27,934 nucleotides of DNA. Origin: an uncultured virus (IMG/VR IMGVR_UViG_3300021387_000008). Taxonomy: Duplodnaviria > Heunggongvirae > Uroviricota > Caudoviricetes > Crassvirales. Position numbers and translations under genes: made by a program. The notes under the pieces were generated by a model. It searched no databases and was not told the origin of the DNA. It saw only the letters and a program-made list of their open reading frames with translations. The stretch lies in IMG/VR virus record IMGVR_UViG_3300021387_000008; one strand, 5' to 3'. Positions 16,820 through 26,290 of this stretch are shown here, piece by piece; the stretch's first letter is position 1; each line of letters begins with the position of its first letter.

Positions 16820-19239
16820 TACTTATCGTATTTATTTTTATTAGTCTTAGCAATTCTCTCTTTAGACTTAATGTCTTCCATTTTAACAGCTCTATCAGCA
16901 GCTTTATTATAAAGGTCTGCTTGCATTTGTTGACGTTCAAGTTCTATCTTAGCTTGGTCATTTCTAGCTTTGTTATCTTCAGCAGCTGCTGCTAATCTAT
17001 TCTTAGCTTGTTCTGCTTCATCTCCACCAGCACTACCGAGCATAGACATATCAACATCAACATATTTAAGAGCCATTTCGTGTTGGAATTTAAGTTCTTC
17101 AAGTTGCCTATCTTGGTCACCTTTAGCTTCGATCTCACGAAGTTTATTTTGAATCTCTTCTTCTTTAAGTTGAGCATCAACTTGTTTCATTTGTTCTTCG
17201 TGTTGAGCTTTTATCTCATTGAATTTTTGGACAGTTGCTTTAATCTGAGATATGTTATCGCCTGTAATAGCGGCAAGAGCCATATCAAGATCACCGTTTT
17301 GAGCAGCACTAAAAGCCCATTGACGAAGTTGTTGAAGTTTATCTTGTTCTTTAGCATCATTTTTAACAGTTACTCCATATGTAGAATATACAAAACTATT
17401 AACATCAAGACTAATATAATGACGATTACCATCAGCATCAAGATATGCTGTATCAAGTCCATCGATATATGCTAGTTTACAAAAGTCAATATCCCTTTGA
17501 TAATCACGACGGCGCATCTCATCAAATACTTGAACAATGATAACACTACCCATAGATGAACGAGCAATAGCCTCTTGTGTTGTACCAACACCAGAAGACT
17601 GAGCAATGTCACCATAACGCTGGGCATTCATATCAACTGTATCCCAAGCTTCTTGACGAGTAGCTTCCATAAGTTGAGTAATTTGAGAAATGTAATCTCC
17701 CATTTGAGCATTAAGCATTCTTATGTTAGCCATCTTCTGAGAGTTAGCATCTTCACTATCATCTACAAGAAGAACTCCGTCAGCTGCCATTCTATAAACT
17801 CTATCTTCAGACTTACTAGATACAAGACTTTCAGGAAGAATAAGAATAAGCATCTTGTTCTTTGCTATAACCATTTCACGATGATAAGCAAAGATATTAC
17901 GCATAATCTGATAAGGAGTAATAGTCTTAATAATACTGAACTTACCCATATAAGGAATTACTTCCATAATACCATTATAAGGAAGTTTACCATCACGTTC
18001 AAAAGCTATAGGTCTAGCTTTGATAGGATAAATAGCAGTGTATCTTCCACCAATACGATAGCCTTCATAAACCTGTGGCTTATATGCCCATTCAATAGAA
18101 ATATCTCCAGCTTGAGTATCTAGTTTATAAGACTCATCTACAACTCTAGTTGTAACAAGACCTACTTCGTTTACATAAGTAAGAATACCTTGTCTAGCAT
18201 AACCTCTCCAAACAACGTGCCATACTTCATATAAATTGTTATTAACAGCTTCTACTCGTACACCTTCGTTCTTAAATAGATTACGTTCTTCTTTTGTGAA
18301 CTTCTCACAAACATCAGGATAGTACTCAAAGAATTTAGAATACATAAGTTGAGTAGGACCACTAGCGCTACTGTAATCATAGTATTTCTCTAAGTAAGCT
18401 CTATCTTCTTTTGTAAGAACATCATCAAACATATCAAGAATCTGAGGATAAGACATAAGCTGACGTCTTGCAAACATATCATGGTCTTCTACAAAAAACT
18501 CCCCGTTAGGAATAGGAAATGCATCAATTACAGGAATATGTTCTTTAACAACTTTCTCACCTCTAATATCAGAATAAGTATAACATTCTCCAAGAGAAAC
18601 ATAATCAAAGAAAGCAGAAAGATAAATCATAATATCAGAAGTAATACTTCTAACAAAGTTAAGAACATCTTGTCCTTGTTTACTTTCATCATCAATATAT
18701 TTCTCATTAAAGTTCTGCATAAACTCTTCAGGATTAGGCATAGCTTCTTGAGGATTAATTTGCTCAGGTGGAACACCTTGTTGAGCAGCCTCAGCTTGCA
18801 TTTGCTGAAGTCGTCTTTCAAACTCTTGCTGAAAAGCTTGAGAAGCCATAATACCAATCTCTTCTCTAAGTTTAGCAGATTTCTTAATAACAATCTCTGG
18901 ATTACTAGCAGATACAATAAACTCGTGAATACCTTTAAAGTATTCAGATACATATCTTCTAATAATATCAGACATAATATCAAGATTCCTCATAGTAGCA
19001 GGAAAACGAGTATATTTCTCATTATTACTATTATAAGGGTTAAGAGTCTTTTTATAAAACTCATTAGGAATATTACCGTGAAGAATATCTAACTTTCTTT
19101 CGGTATCATTCCTATCATTACAACTAAGACCCATATCAATGATATAGTCTATAGAGTTCGCATACCATTCTGCTTTTTGTTTTTCAGAATATGGAACTCT
19201 TTGTTGTGGAAAGTTTCTGTCAATTCTACCTAATTCCAT
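16819..19239 (-). CDS. Portal protein
   Basis: 806 aa directly after terminase; P.Q..P..EK...W N-terminus, long C-terminal coiled coil. Confidence 0.85.
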   Translation of the reverse strand: MELGRIDRNFPQQRVPYSEKQKAEWYANSIDYIIDMGLSCNDRNDTERKLDILHGNIPNEFYKKTLNPYNSNNEKYTRFPATMRNLDIMSDIIRRYVSEYFKGIHEFIVSASNPEIVIKKSAKLREEIGIMASQAFQQEFERRLQQMQAEAAQQGVPPEQINPQEAMPNPEEFMQNFNEKYIDDESKQGQDVLNFVRSITSDIMIYLSAFFDYVSLGECYTYSDIRGEKVVKEHIPVIDAFPIPNGEFFVEDHDMFARRQLMSYPQILDMFDDVLTKEDRAYLEKYYDYSSASGPTQLMYSKFFEYYPDVCEKFTKEERNLFKNEGVRVEAVNNNLYEVWHVVWRGYARQGILTYVNEVGLVTTRVVDESYKLDTQAGDISIEWAYKPQVYEGYRIGGRYTAIYPIKARPIAFERDGKLPYNGIMEVIPYMGKFSIIKTITPYQIMRNIFAYHREMVIAKNKMLILILPESLVSSKSEDRVYRMAADGVLLVDDSEDANSQKMANIRMLNAQMGDYISQITQLMEATRQEAWDTVDMNAQRYGDIAQSSGVGTTQEAIARSSMGSVIIVQVFDEMRRRDYQRDIDFCKLAYIDGLDTAYLDADGNRHYISLDVNSFVYSTYGVTVKNDAKEQDKLQQLRQWAFSAAQNGDLDMALAAITGDNISQIKATVQKFNEIKAQHEEQMKQVDAQLKEEEIQNKLREIEAKGDQDRQLEELKFQHEMALKYVDVDMSMLGSAGGDEAEQAKNRLAAAAEDNKARNDQAKIELERQQMQADLYNKAADRAVKMEDIKSKERIAKTNKNKYDK

Positions 19240-19254
19240 TTTATTTTAATTAAT

Positions 19255-21531
19255 TCAATACCAGGCTCTAGTCCATATATTATCACTATTCTTTTCTATT
19301 TTCTTACGATGAGCTAGTTCTTTTGCAGCTTGAACATCAAAAAGACGCCAACGAAGAGCTCTCATAATCATCTCAGAGACCCTATCAAAGTTACCAAGAT
19401 TATTCCATTTTTTAAGTTCAAGAATAGATTGATAATCATAGATAGTTTGGAAGAAATATACATCATGACCTAATTCATCTTTACCTATAACAGTGTAAAG
19501 CATTTCTTTAAGCAGACGTAATCCTTCGAGTTTCTTAGTACCATCTCCCATATTAACACCATAAGTACCAGCTACTTTACCTTTAAGAGAAGTATCCCAT
19601 ATTTCTACAGGGTCTTTCATAAGATAACGTAAAGCTTTCCATTTAGTAAAATTACTTACAGTTTCACCTCTGTTAATTTCGACGGCAGTAGTACCAACAC
19701 AATTATACATTCTAGCTAACAAATAACATATCCAATCAGCCTCTTCAAGTTTTTCAGGACGACCATAATAAGCAGCTGCAAGAGCAGGCTTAAAATTATT
19801 ATATTGACATGGTTCCATCCAAACTTTAATACTATTATGAGAATGTTTATTTGTAATAGCTCTATTTTCTTTATTTACACCAACAGGGTCATAGCTTATA
19901 GAATAAATACCTGGAGGAGTTCCCATAACTTGATTTCCATCTTTATCAGTATATTGTACCTTAATAGGATTAAACCAAAGACGAACACAACCGTGAGGAT
20001 GTTCGTGACCTTTACGAGGAACACCTTGTATCCATTCATAAAAATCCTGATTAAGTTTTCCTCCTTCAGCTTCTATTCTAGCATTAGTTTTGAAAATAAC
20101 TCTTCTCTTATCATTAGGATCTTCAATAACAGTACCGTCAACATAGAACTTAAATCTATTATCTGTTCTAAGACTTTCTTCCCAAGACATAAGAGATTCA
20201 CTACTAAATAGGTTTTCAGTAGTAGAACTGAAAGACTCAGAAGGCATATTAGCATACTGACCAAGATAATTGATATAGTCAGCAAAAGTCTTAGATGTAG
20301 CTTTCTTATGTTCTCTTTCTTTAAATGCAATCTGAAGACCAATAACTAGATTAGAGTTACCATCTTCATCCATTGCATACTGGTCACCAATCTGACCTTG
20401 AAGACCCCAGGCATAAGGTTTGAAATATCCACAGCATTCATTACGACTATCTTTATCCCAAACATTTTCAAAAGGCATAAAGCCAAATGATTGTGGGGAA
20501 TAAAAGTTAGTTTCAAATACTTGCATATTTCCAGAAGTAGCAGTACCCCAACAGAAAAGATTACCTGTAACATAACTACCAGTTCTCATAGCAGGTTCAG
20601 TTACAGACATAAAGTCATCAAAGTTATCCATAGTAGATAACTCCTCAACCTTAACCTTCATAGCGTCTTTACCAATAGCACAATCTGGATTATTCATCGC
20701 AGATACACTAAACAAAGCACTATTCCAAGATTTAGGAGATACTGTACCATTAGGAAGTTTAAAGCCTAGTCTAAAGTTTTCTGAGTTGGTTGAGAGAATA
20801 CCTCTAACAAAAGGAGTCTTAGTTTCATAGAAACGTAGATTGTTAATTGTAAAATCAGTAAGACCTCCAGTTGCTGTAAGATACTTTTTATCAGCAGCTA
20901 CATGAATACCAACCTTTCTAGAATTTAAATTCAAATCGTTAGCAGAATCAGCAGCCATAATATAAGAGAATCCACCACGTCTAGTTTTATCTATAATAAG
21001 ATGAAAACCATTACGTTGTACAAATTCCATTATATGCCAAGTCCAAAATTGAGCATCAATAAACTTTGGAAAGTCATATACTTTTCTACCTGTTGAGGCT
21101 TTATCTGTAGCTTTAGCTGATTTAGTATCAAGCTGCTCAATCATAGTATAGTTCAAGTAATTATACATACCACCAGTGATACGTACATCTTGAACTACAC
21201 CATTACGCATAAGACAAGGAGCAGTATATCCGTGTTTACGACGATATTCTTCTCTCTTTCTAAAACGTCTATGAGGAACACTATCTTGTTTAAAAAAAGT
21301 GTAACATTTATTTTTACGATAGAAATCAGCAGCCTCTGTAAATAGATGAGTATTTACAAATCTATCTCCAGGTTGAATATTAAGAAGAAAACCGCCAGAC
21401 TCTCCAATAAGAAACAAATCATCAGGGTCATCATAGCCTGCATCTTTTGCATGCTTATAATGACTCTTATCTTCATTTATATATTGAAGAAAAGGATAAT
21501 CCTTAATATATTTCTCAACAGTCTGTTCCAT
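19255..21531 (-). CDS. terL: Terminase large subunit
   Basis: 758 aa; Walker A-like KTRRGGFSY, Walker B VKVEE, GTAT coupling motif, RNase H-like YDP / VEINRG / FDRV. Confidence 0.9.
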   Translation of the reverse strand: MEQTVEKYIKDYPFLQYINEDKSHYKHAKDAGYDDPDDLFLIGESGGFLLNIQPGDRFVNTHLFTEAADFYRKNKCYTFFKQDSVPHRRFRKREEYRRKHGYTAPCLMRNGVVQDVRITGGMYNYLNYTMIEQLDTKSAKATDKASTGRKVYDFPKFIDAQFWTWHIMEFVQRNGFHLIIDKTRRGGFSYIMAADSANDLNLNSRKVGIHVAADKKYLTATGGLTDFTINNLRFYETKTPFVRGILSTNSENFRLGFKLPNGTVSPKSWNSALFSVSAMNNPDCAIGKDAMKVKVEELSTMDNFDDFMSVTEPAMRTGSYVTGNLFCWGTATSGNMQVFETNFYSPQSFGFMPFENVWDKDSRNECCGYFKPYAWGLQGQIGDQYAMDEDGNSNLVIGLQIAFKEREHKKATSKTFADYINYLGQYANMPSESFSSTTENLFSSESLMSWEESLRTDNRFKFYVDGTVIEDPNDKRRVIFKTNARIEAEGGKLNQDFYEWIQGVPRKGHEHPHGCVRLWFNPIKVQYTDKDGNQVMGTPPGIYSISYDPVGVNKENRAITNKHSHNSIKVWMEPCQYNNFKPALAAAYYGRPEKLEEADWICYLLARMYNCVGTTAVEINRGETVSNFTKWKALRYLMKDPVEIWDTSLKGKVAGTYGVNMGDGTKKLEGLRLLKEMLYTVIGKDELGHDVYFFQTIYDYQSILELKKWNNLGNFDRVSEMIMRALRWRLFDVQAAKELAHRKKIEKNSDNIWTRAWY

Positions 21532-21533
21532 TC

Positions 21534-21905
21534 TTATTTGAATATTGTGAGTACAGCCAAGGATAAGGTGACGAGTACTCCTCCCCCAATAGCGATATTA
21601 CGTTGTCTTTTAACTTGTTTAACTTGTTTCTTAAGAGCATCAATGTTACGGCTGTATTCTCGCATAATGATGTCATCATTTTTAATAATTGAACGAAGTG
21701 AATCATTAATCTCTTTCTCATACTTAAGTTCGACCATCTTTGCATTAGCTTTACGAAGGTCATCAAAATCAATGAGTATAGAGTCATGACTAGCAGTAAG
21801 CTCCCCCGTAGAAGAAATTGTAGCATTATCATTCTGACACCAGCTCGTAGAACAACTTAAGAGTACTATCATTGTCGAGAGTACTAACCTCAATAACTTT
21901 TGCAT
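21534..21905 (-). CDS. Spanin-like protein (signal/lipobox, coiled coil, C-terminal TM)
   Basis: N-terminal hydrophobic stretch ending LLSC, coiled coil, C-terminal IAIGGGVLVTLSLAVLTIF; overlaps upstream gene out of frame. Confidence 0.6.
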   Translation of the reverse strand: MQKLLRLVLSTMIVLLSCSTSWCQNDNATISSTGELTASHDSILIDFDDLRKANAKMVELKYEKEINDSLRSIIKNDDIIMREYSRNIDALKKQVKQVKRQRNIAIGGGVLVTLSLAVLTIFK

Positions 21906-22107
21906 CTTTAATACTATCTAATTTTTCAACTTTAATTTTTATGCTATCGTTTACAGTAATAAGAGAATCAATAACAGTATTATTCTCTACGCAGATGTTA
22001 TTGTTACGTTGTACTATTAATGTTATTAAAGTACCAATTATATATCCTACAAAAAGTATTATAACAATGTTTATAAACCTATTTAATTTAGATATTTTAT
22101 TGTTCAT
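21829..22107 (-). CDS. i-spanin-like protein
   Basis: 92 aa, single N-terminal TM, helical tail, ATGA-coupled to putative endolysin. Confidence 0.55.
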   Translation of the reverse strand: MNNKISKLNRFINIVIILFVGYIIGTLITLIVQRNNNICVENNTVIDSLITVNDSIKIKVEKLDSIKDAKVIEVSTLDNDSTLKLFYELVSE

Positions 22108-22718
22108 ACCAATTCCTCCTCTTTAAGCAATGTATAAGTAAAGTTTTTACCAAGACCATTTTGAATTTGCTTTTGGCAATAATTCATAAAACATTTGAAA
22201 TCTGTTTCACTAGCAAATACTTGACAACCTGCTGACCAAGTATCAACACGTTGACTAAGTTTACCAGCTTTATGAATATTAATACCAAACATTCCTTCAT
22301 CTAAACTATTAATATCCCAATCATATACTTGATTCTTATTATTATCACGATAAACCTTAACTGGCTTTTTCTGACAAAGAGCAAGATACTTACCACGATG
22401 TTTATCTATTTGATAAGCTCCTCGATATTGACCAGGAACAAGAATAGCTGTACCTTTACGAGTAGTAGGATTAAGCATATAATATCTACCTGGGTCTGTA
22501 GTAATATTATAAATCTGACGTTGCCATTGTCCACTAGAACTTTTGTAAATTAATACAAGAACATCATCAAAACTATTTGTTATATTACGACCAGCAGCAC
22601 GAACGCCAATAATATTTAAATTATAAGCGCCGTTAGTAAAATAAGCATAACCTTTCTTTTTAAATAGTTCTTCAAAGTCATATTCTTTGACTTTACTATA
22701 AAGAGCATTTTTAATCAT
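22104..22718 (-). CDS. Putative endolysin, L,D-transpeptidase (YkuD)-like
   Basis: GINIHKAG...WSAGCQV matches the His...S-x-G-C signature; adjacent to spanin-like genes. Confidence 0.65.
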   Translation of the reverse strand: MIKNALYSKVKEYDFEELFKKKGYAYFTNGAYNLNIIGVRAAGRNITNSFDDVLVLIYKSSSGQWQRQIYNITTDPGRYYMLNPTTRKGTAILVPGQYRGAYQIDKHRGKYLALCQKKPVKVYRDNNKNQVYDWDINSLDEGMFGINIHKAGKLSQRVDTWSAGCQVFASETDFKCFMNYCQKQIQNGLGKNFTYTLLKEEELV

Positions 22719-22719
22719 A

Positions 22720-23706
22720 TTAAAATAAACTTAGTTGTTGATTACTTGTTTTATTATCAGCTTTCAATCTGTAATATCTATCTTTAAGAAGAGCCTTAGC
22801 TTCGTTCTTAAGATATTGTATTTTAAACCATTTAACTGTTTCTTCACCGTTTGGGTCAACATGATAACCTTCATTATCTCTAAGAGGCTGACCATATTTA
22901 TTTAAAACCCAAGGACTTCCTATATGACAAAGACCAAGTCCTACACAAGGAATGTCCAAAATGATTTCAGCCATAATAGCATAGAGAGAAAGCTGCATAG
23001 TATAATGCATACCATTACAATCGTCGAGATGATTGAGAGGAGGAAGCATACTTTGCTTTTTCTTAACCCATTCATTAGTTAGTTGATTAGGAATTGTAGA
23101 CTTATCTTTTTTATAATACCCAGCTTCAAATTTAAGACCATCTCTATTTGTTTTCCAATCTAAAATAACAAAATCAGTAGGACGATAACAGAAAATGTCA
23201 ATAGTTCCACTAATAAGATAGTCGATAAGGAATGCTCCAATTTCGGAGTATATAGTATATCCTCGCTCAGTATAGAAATCAAATACTCTATATATTTCGG
23301 GATATTTATTATTAGTTGCTGCTTTAAACTCTTCGACATCTAAAGGTCTAGGTATTAAATCAGGAATATCTGCAATAGTAATGCATCTTCCAGACTTTGC
23401 TTCTTCTAAGTATTTTATAGCTTCTTTAAACTTACTAACACTTTTAATAGCATCTTCTATACCATTATGTGTAGCAGTTCCTCTTTCACAAGCTTCATCT
23501 TTAATTCTATTCCATTCAGCACGGATTTGTTTTTCAGATTTACCTTGTTCTCTAGCTTTCTTATGAGCCCAATAATCTGCATCGAAATGATTATAATAAT
23601 CGCCAATCAAAGTTGTTACGCTGCGATATTCATTTCCAAGAGTATCAGTGTATTTATGAGCTTGTTCTTCAAAGAAAAGAAAGTTATCTTTATATCTATT
23701 ATCCAT
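22720..23706 (-). CDS. PD-(D/E)XK family nuclease
   Basis: SVTT, RGT..H, SE, GTIDIF, ILDWKT, QLSLY motifs in order. Confidence 0.85.
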   Translation of the reverse strand: MDNRYKDNFLFFEEQAHKYTDTLGNEYRSVTTLIGDYYNHFDADYWAHKKAREQGKSEKQIRAEWNRIKDEACERGTATHNGIEDAIKSVSKFKEAIKYLEEAKSGRCITIADIPDLIPRPLDVEEFKAATNNKYPEIYRVFDFYTERGYTIYSEIGAFLIDYLISGTIDIFCYRPTDFVILDWKTNRDGLKFEAGYYKKDKSTIPNQLTNEWVKKKQSMLPPLNHLDDCNGMHYTMQLSLYAIMAEIILDIPCVGLGLCHIGSPWVLNKYGQPLRDNEGYHVDPNGEETVKWFKIQYLKNEAKALLKDRYYRLKADNKTSNQQLSLF

Positions 23707-23709
23707 AGC

Positions 23710-24318
23710 TTAATTATCTTCAGCATCCATTGAACTTAAAACAGCATTACCTCCACGAGAAAGTTCTGTTTCTTGTTCATACATAAGATTTTGTTTAGCT
23801 TCTTCAAGCTTTTTAAGTATAGAAGGAATATCTCCAGCCTCTTTCTTGACTGCTGCTATATTAGCAAACATAACAGATAGTTCTTCACCACTGAGAGTTG
23901 GCTTAGCAAGTTGGTCATTGAAATACTTATTAAGATGACTAATAAGAAGATTAACGTTATGAATAGTCTGAAGTATATTTTCTACAACACGACCAGCTTC
24001 AGTAAGATTTTCATCTTCATATCTCTTAATAAGACGAAGCACTAGAGAATCAGGTATATAATCTTTTTTAAGACCTGCTTGCTCAATAGCATAAGCAAGA
24101 GCTTCTCGTTCGCTTAATCCAGATTGTCTAGCAGGAGATTTAGGATCACCTAACTGATAAATAACTATAGCTTCAGCCATATATTGTTTCTTATCAGGAG
24201 ATTTATCTCTACTATAAAGAGTTCTAATATCTCTATCAAGTAATTGTCGAATTTCAGGAGCCTTAGGCATTCCTGTATCATCAACAACAAGCAAGCTATC
24301 AATAGTTACCGTTTTCAT
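23710..24318 (-). CDS. Hypothetical helical protein
   Basis: 202 aa with C-terminal coiled coil; a small-terminase role is possible but unsupported. Confidence 0.65.
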   Translation of the reverse strand: MKTVTIDSLLVVDDTGMPKAPEIRQLLDRDIRTLYSRDKSPDKKQYMAEAIVIYQLGDPKSPARQSGLSEREALAYAIEQAGLKKDYIPDSLVLRLIKRYEDENLTEAGRVVENILQTIHNVNLLISHLNKYFNDQLAKPTLSGEELSVMFANIAAVKKEAGDIPSILKKLEEAKQNLMYEQETELSRGGNAVLSSMDAEDN

Positions 24319-24808
24319 CTTCTACAGGAATATATTCGTTTTCAACAGCAGTAATACTAGAAATAAGAAAAAAATGAATACGAGCATATCCAACACCTTT
24401 CTCTTTACATAGTTTCTTAAATAGATTTCTATTTTTAGCAACTGCCATACTTAAAACATAGTTATAATATCTAGTAGCTTTAACTCGCTTTTCATTACTA
24501 TAAGCAAGTTCTCTTCTAAACATTACAAACTGTTCATTAGTAACAGTATGAATAGCATCATCAATAAGTTGTTTTTGTTCTGGTGTATTAGACATTTTAA
24601 CAACATCAGGAACTTTAATGCTACCCATAAAAGGAATACCTGTCCAACGACCTTTACGCAAAAAGTTAGCGGCATCAACTTCACATTGTTTAACAATAGC
24701 TAATGCTACTTCTTTGTCAACAATGTTACAATTAATAGTGTTAATGATATCTTCTTTACGAACTACCTTAACATCATTACCGCCTGGAAATTTATATGTA
24801 TCAGTCAT
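24299..24808 (-). CDS. Divergent HU/IHF-like DNA-binding protein
   Basis: RKEDIINTI ... ANFLRKGRWTGIPFMGSIKV follows the HU pattern K.ELI..I ... L..G..V.I.GFG.F.V. Confidence 0.45.
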   Translation of the reverse strand: MTDTYKFPGGNDVKVVRKEDIINTINCNIVDKEVALAIVKQCEVDAANFLRKGRWTGIPFMGSIKVPDVVKMSNTPEQKQLIDDAIHTVTNEQFVMFRRELAYSNEKRVKATRYYNYVLSMAVAKNRNLFKKLCKEKGVGYARIHFFLISSITAVENEYIPVEDENGNY

Positions 24809-24884
24809 TTTATTTCTTTTATAATCTACGGAGGTTCTTGTAAGAACAGCACCTCAACAAGCACCCCCGTAGAGAAAGTGATGA

Positions 24885-25427
24885 TTAAGCTTCCCCACCC
24901 TGAGTAAATACCTTATGAACAAAAGGATTAGTAAAACTATTCTTAGTCTTATCAAGTTTAGATTTAATAGCACCTATAGGAACTAGTTTAAACTCAACAA
25001 GACAAATAGGAGTATGTAACTCTAGAGTACTCTGATAAAATTCCTTACCTGCGTTTTGACAAACTCTAACAATGTTATCAGGAGTGATTTTATTATAAGG
25101 AGAATTAATATGATTACCAATAGAAAGATCGCTACCAGAAACAACAATCTTATCTCCCATATTCAAACCATTAACAAATTCAGAATCTGTAGTTCCAGCC
25201 TTAATGAAAACAGGAACAATAGCAACATTAGCACCTTCTTTTCTTTTAGATGCAGTAAGAATAAGGTTCAGAGAATCCTTATACACAATTGCAACCAAAG
25301 CATAATTAGGAGCAGGATGTACAAAATCAGTACACTGTTTGAAATAATCAACAGGAATCTCTTCAAGACTCTCAGGAAGGCTAAGTTCAAATTCACCTAA
25401 AGCCCCATTTACTTTAAAATTCTTCAT
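24885..25427 (-). CDS. Hypothetical protein with GroES-like motifs
   Basis: HPAPNYALV...LILTAS...FIKAG...LNMGDKIVV parallels GroES motifs. Confidence 0.4.
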   Translation of the reverse strand: MKNFKVNGALGEFELSLPESLEEIPVDYFKQCTDFVHPAPNYALVAIVYKDSLNLILTASKRKEGANVAIVPVFIKAGTTDSEFVNGLNMGDKIVVSGSDLSIGNHINSPYNKITPDNIVRVCQNAGKEFYQSTLELHTPICLVEFKLVPIGAIKSKLDKTKNSFTNPFVHKVFTQGGEA

Positions 25428-25459
25428 ATTACTTAAATGTTTAAATTAATAATTTGGGA

Positions 25460-25582
25460 TTACCCATTTGTATTATTAGCATTATGTGTTGGAACATTAT
25501 ATCCAGTATTTGTAGAGTTATCAGTCTTATAAGGACTGTAATCATAATTTTGCTGAACTATTCCGTAAGGAGTATAAATCAT
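25460..25582 (-). CDS. Small hypothetical protein, 40 aa
   Basis: MIYTPYGIVQQNYDYSPYKTDNSTNTGYNVPTHNANNTNG*; first ORF after the -7 element at 25625. Confidence 0.45.
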   Translation of the reverse strand: MIYTPYGIVQQNYDYSPYKTDNSTNTGYNVPTHNANNTNG

Positions 25583-25624
25583 AGAAAATATAATTTAAAT
25601 TAATGTTCCAACCACTATTTAGGG

Positions 25625-25632
25625 CAAAGATA
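25625..25632 (-). promoter_or_regulatory. Bacteroidota -7 promoter element heading the minus-strand operon
   Basis: TATCTTTG on minus; only TTTC at the expected -33 position. Confidence 0.5.
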
Positions 25633-25913
25633 AGAATAATATTCCATATAATGAAATTTTTTAATATTAACATATTTTAATTAACATTCCTTAACATAGT
25701 ACTAGTAAAGTTAGTGAGAGTATTAATGATAGTAATAAAGAGAGTAGTAGCTTGATGCTAATCATCAATTCTTTCTACGGGGGTGCTTATAAGTACGAGT
25801 AACACAATTATTATTAATAGTATAATCTAAGTAACACTTCATTAGGATTATAAGTACAAGTAATAGCTAAAATAGTAATAAAAGTACATATTTTATTAAA
25901 TAATCTTAAAAAA

Positions 25914-25945
25914 TTTGCAAATTTGCCCAAAGTGTTGTAATTTTG
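25914..25945 (+). promoter_or_regulatory. Bacteroidota primary-sigma promoter, rightward
   Basis: TTTG (25914-25917), 20-nt spacer, TAATTTTG (25938-25945). Confidence 0.6.
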
Positions 25946-26290
25946 CTGCCAATAGGGGAGATTTATTAGGGATAATAGTATTCCAGAAATTAGTAATATT
26001 AATAATTATATAATTAAATATTATATCAATAATAATAAAATTAATAATAAATATAATTATAATTCTCTTACTTTAGTAATAGAACTTATAATATACCTAA
26101 TTAAAATAATAATAGAACATCTAAAAATAATAATGATATAAATAATTAAAGTAATGAATTTGTTAACCTTAATAATGATTGTTTTAGGTTAGTAGTAATA
26201 TTTATAGTTTTAGGTTTTTAGTTATTGATAACATGACAGCGGTTATGCGTACAAAAGGTTAACAGATAAAGGTGTGTTTTTCATGGTTTT

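Noticed and set aside
18498..18510. ACTCCCCGTTAGG in portal as another motif copy
   Set aside because: Too degenerate from CCCCCGTAGA to separate from chance
19255..21531. Intein or intron in terminase
   Set aside because: Continuous ORF with ATPase and nuclease motifs in order; no splicing or homing-endonuclease motifs recognised
22720..23706. Cas4 / CRISPR system
   Set aside because: Generic PD-(D/E)XK nuclease without a clear Cas4 four-Cys pattern; no other cas genes; the 23-nt repeats lack regular spacers
2585..25400. Many plus-strand ORFs in the track (e.g. 8080-8802, 11557-12387, 18481-19092) and nested minus ORFs (e.g. 3874-4209, 7932-8189, 21515-21832)
   Set aside because: Antisense or off-frame shadows of well-supported genes, with Ile/Ser/Thr-biased composition and no motifs
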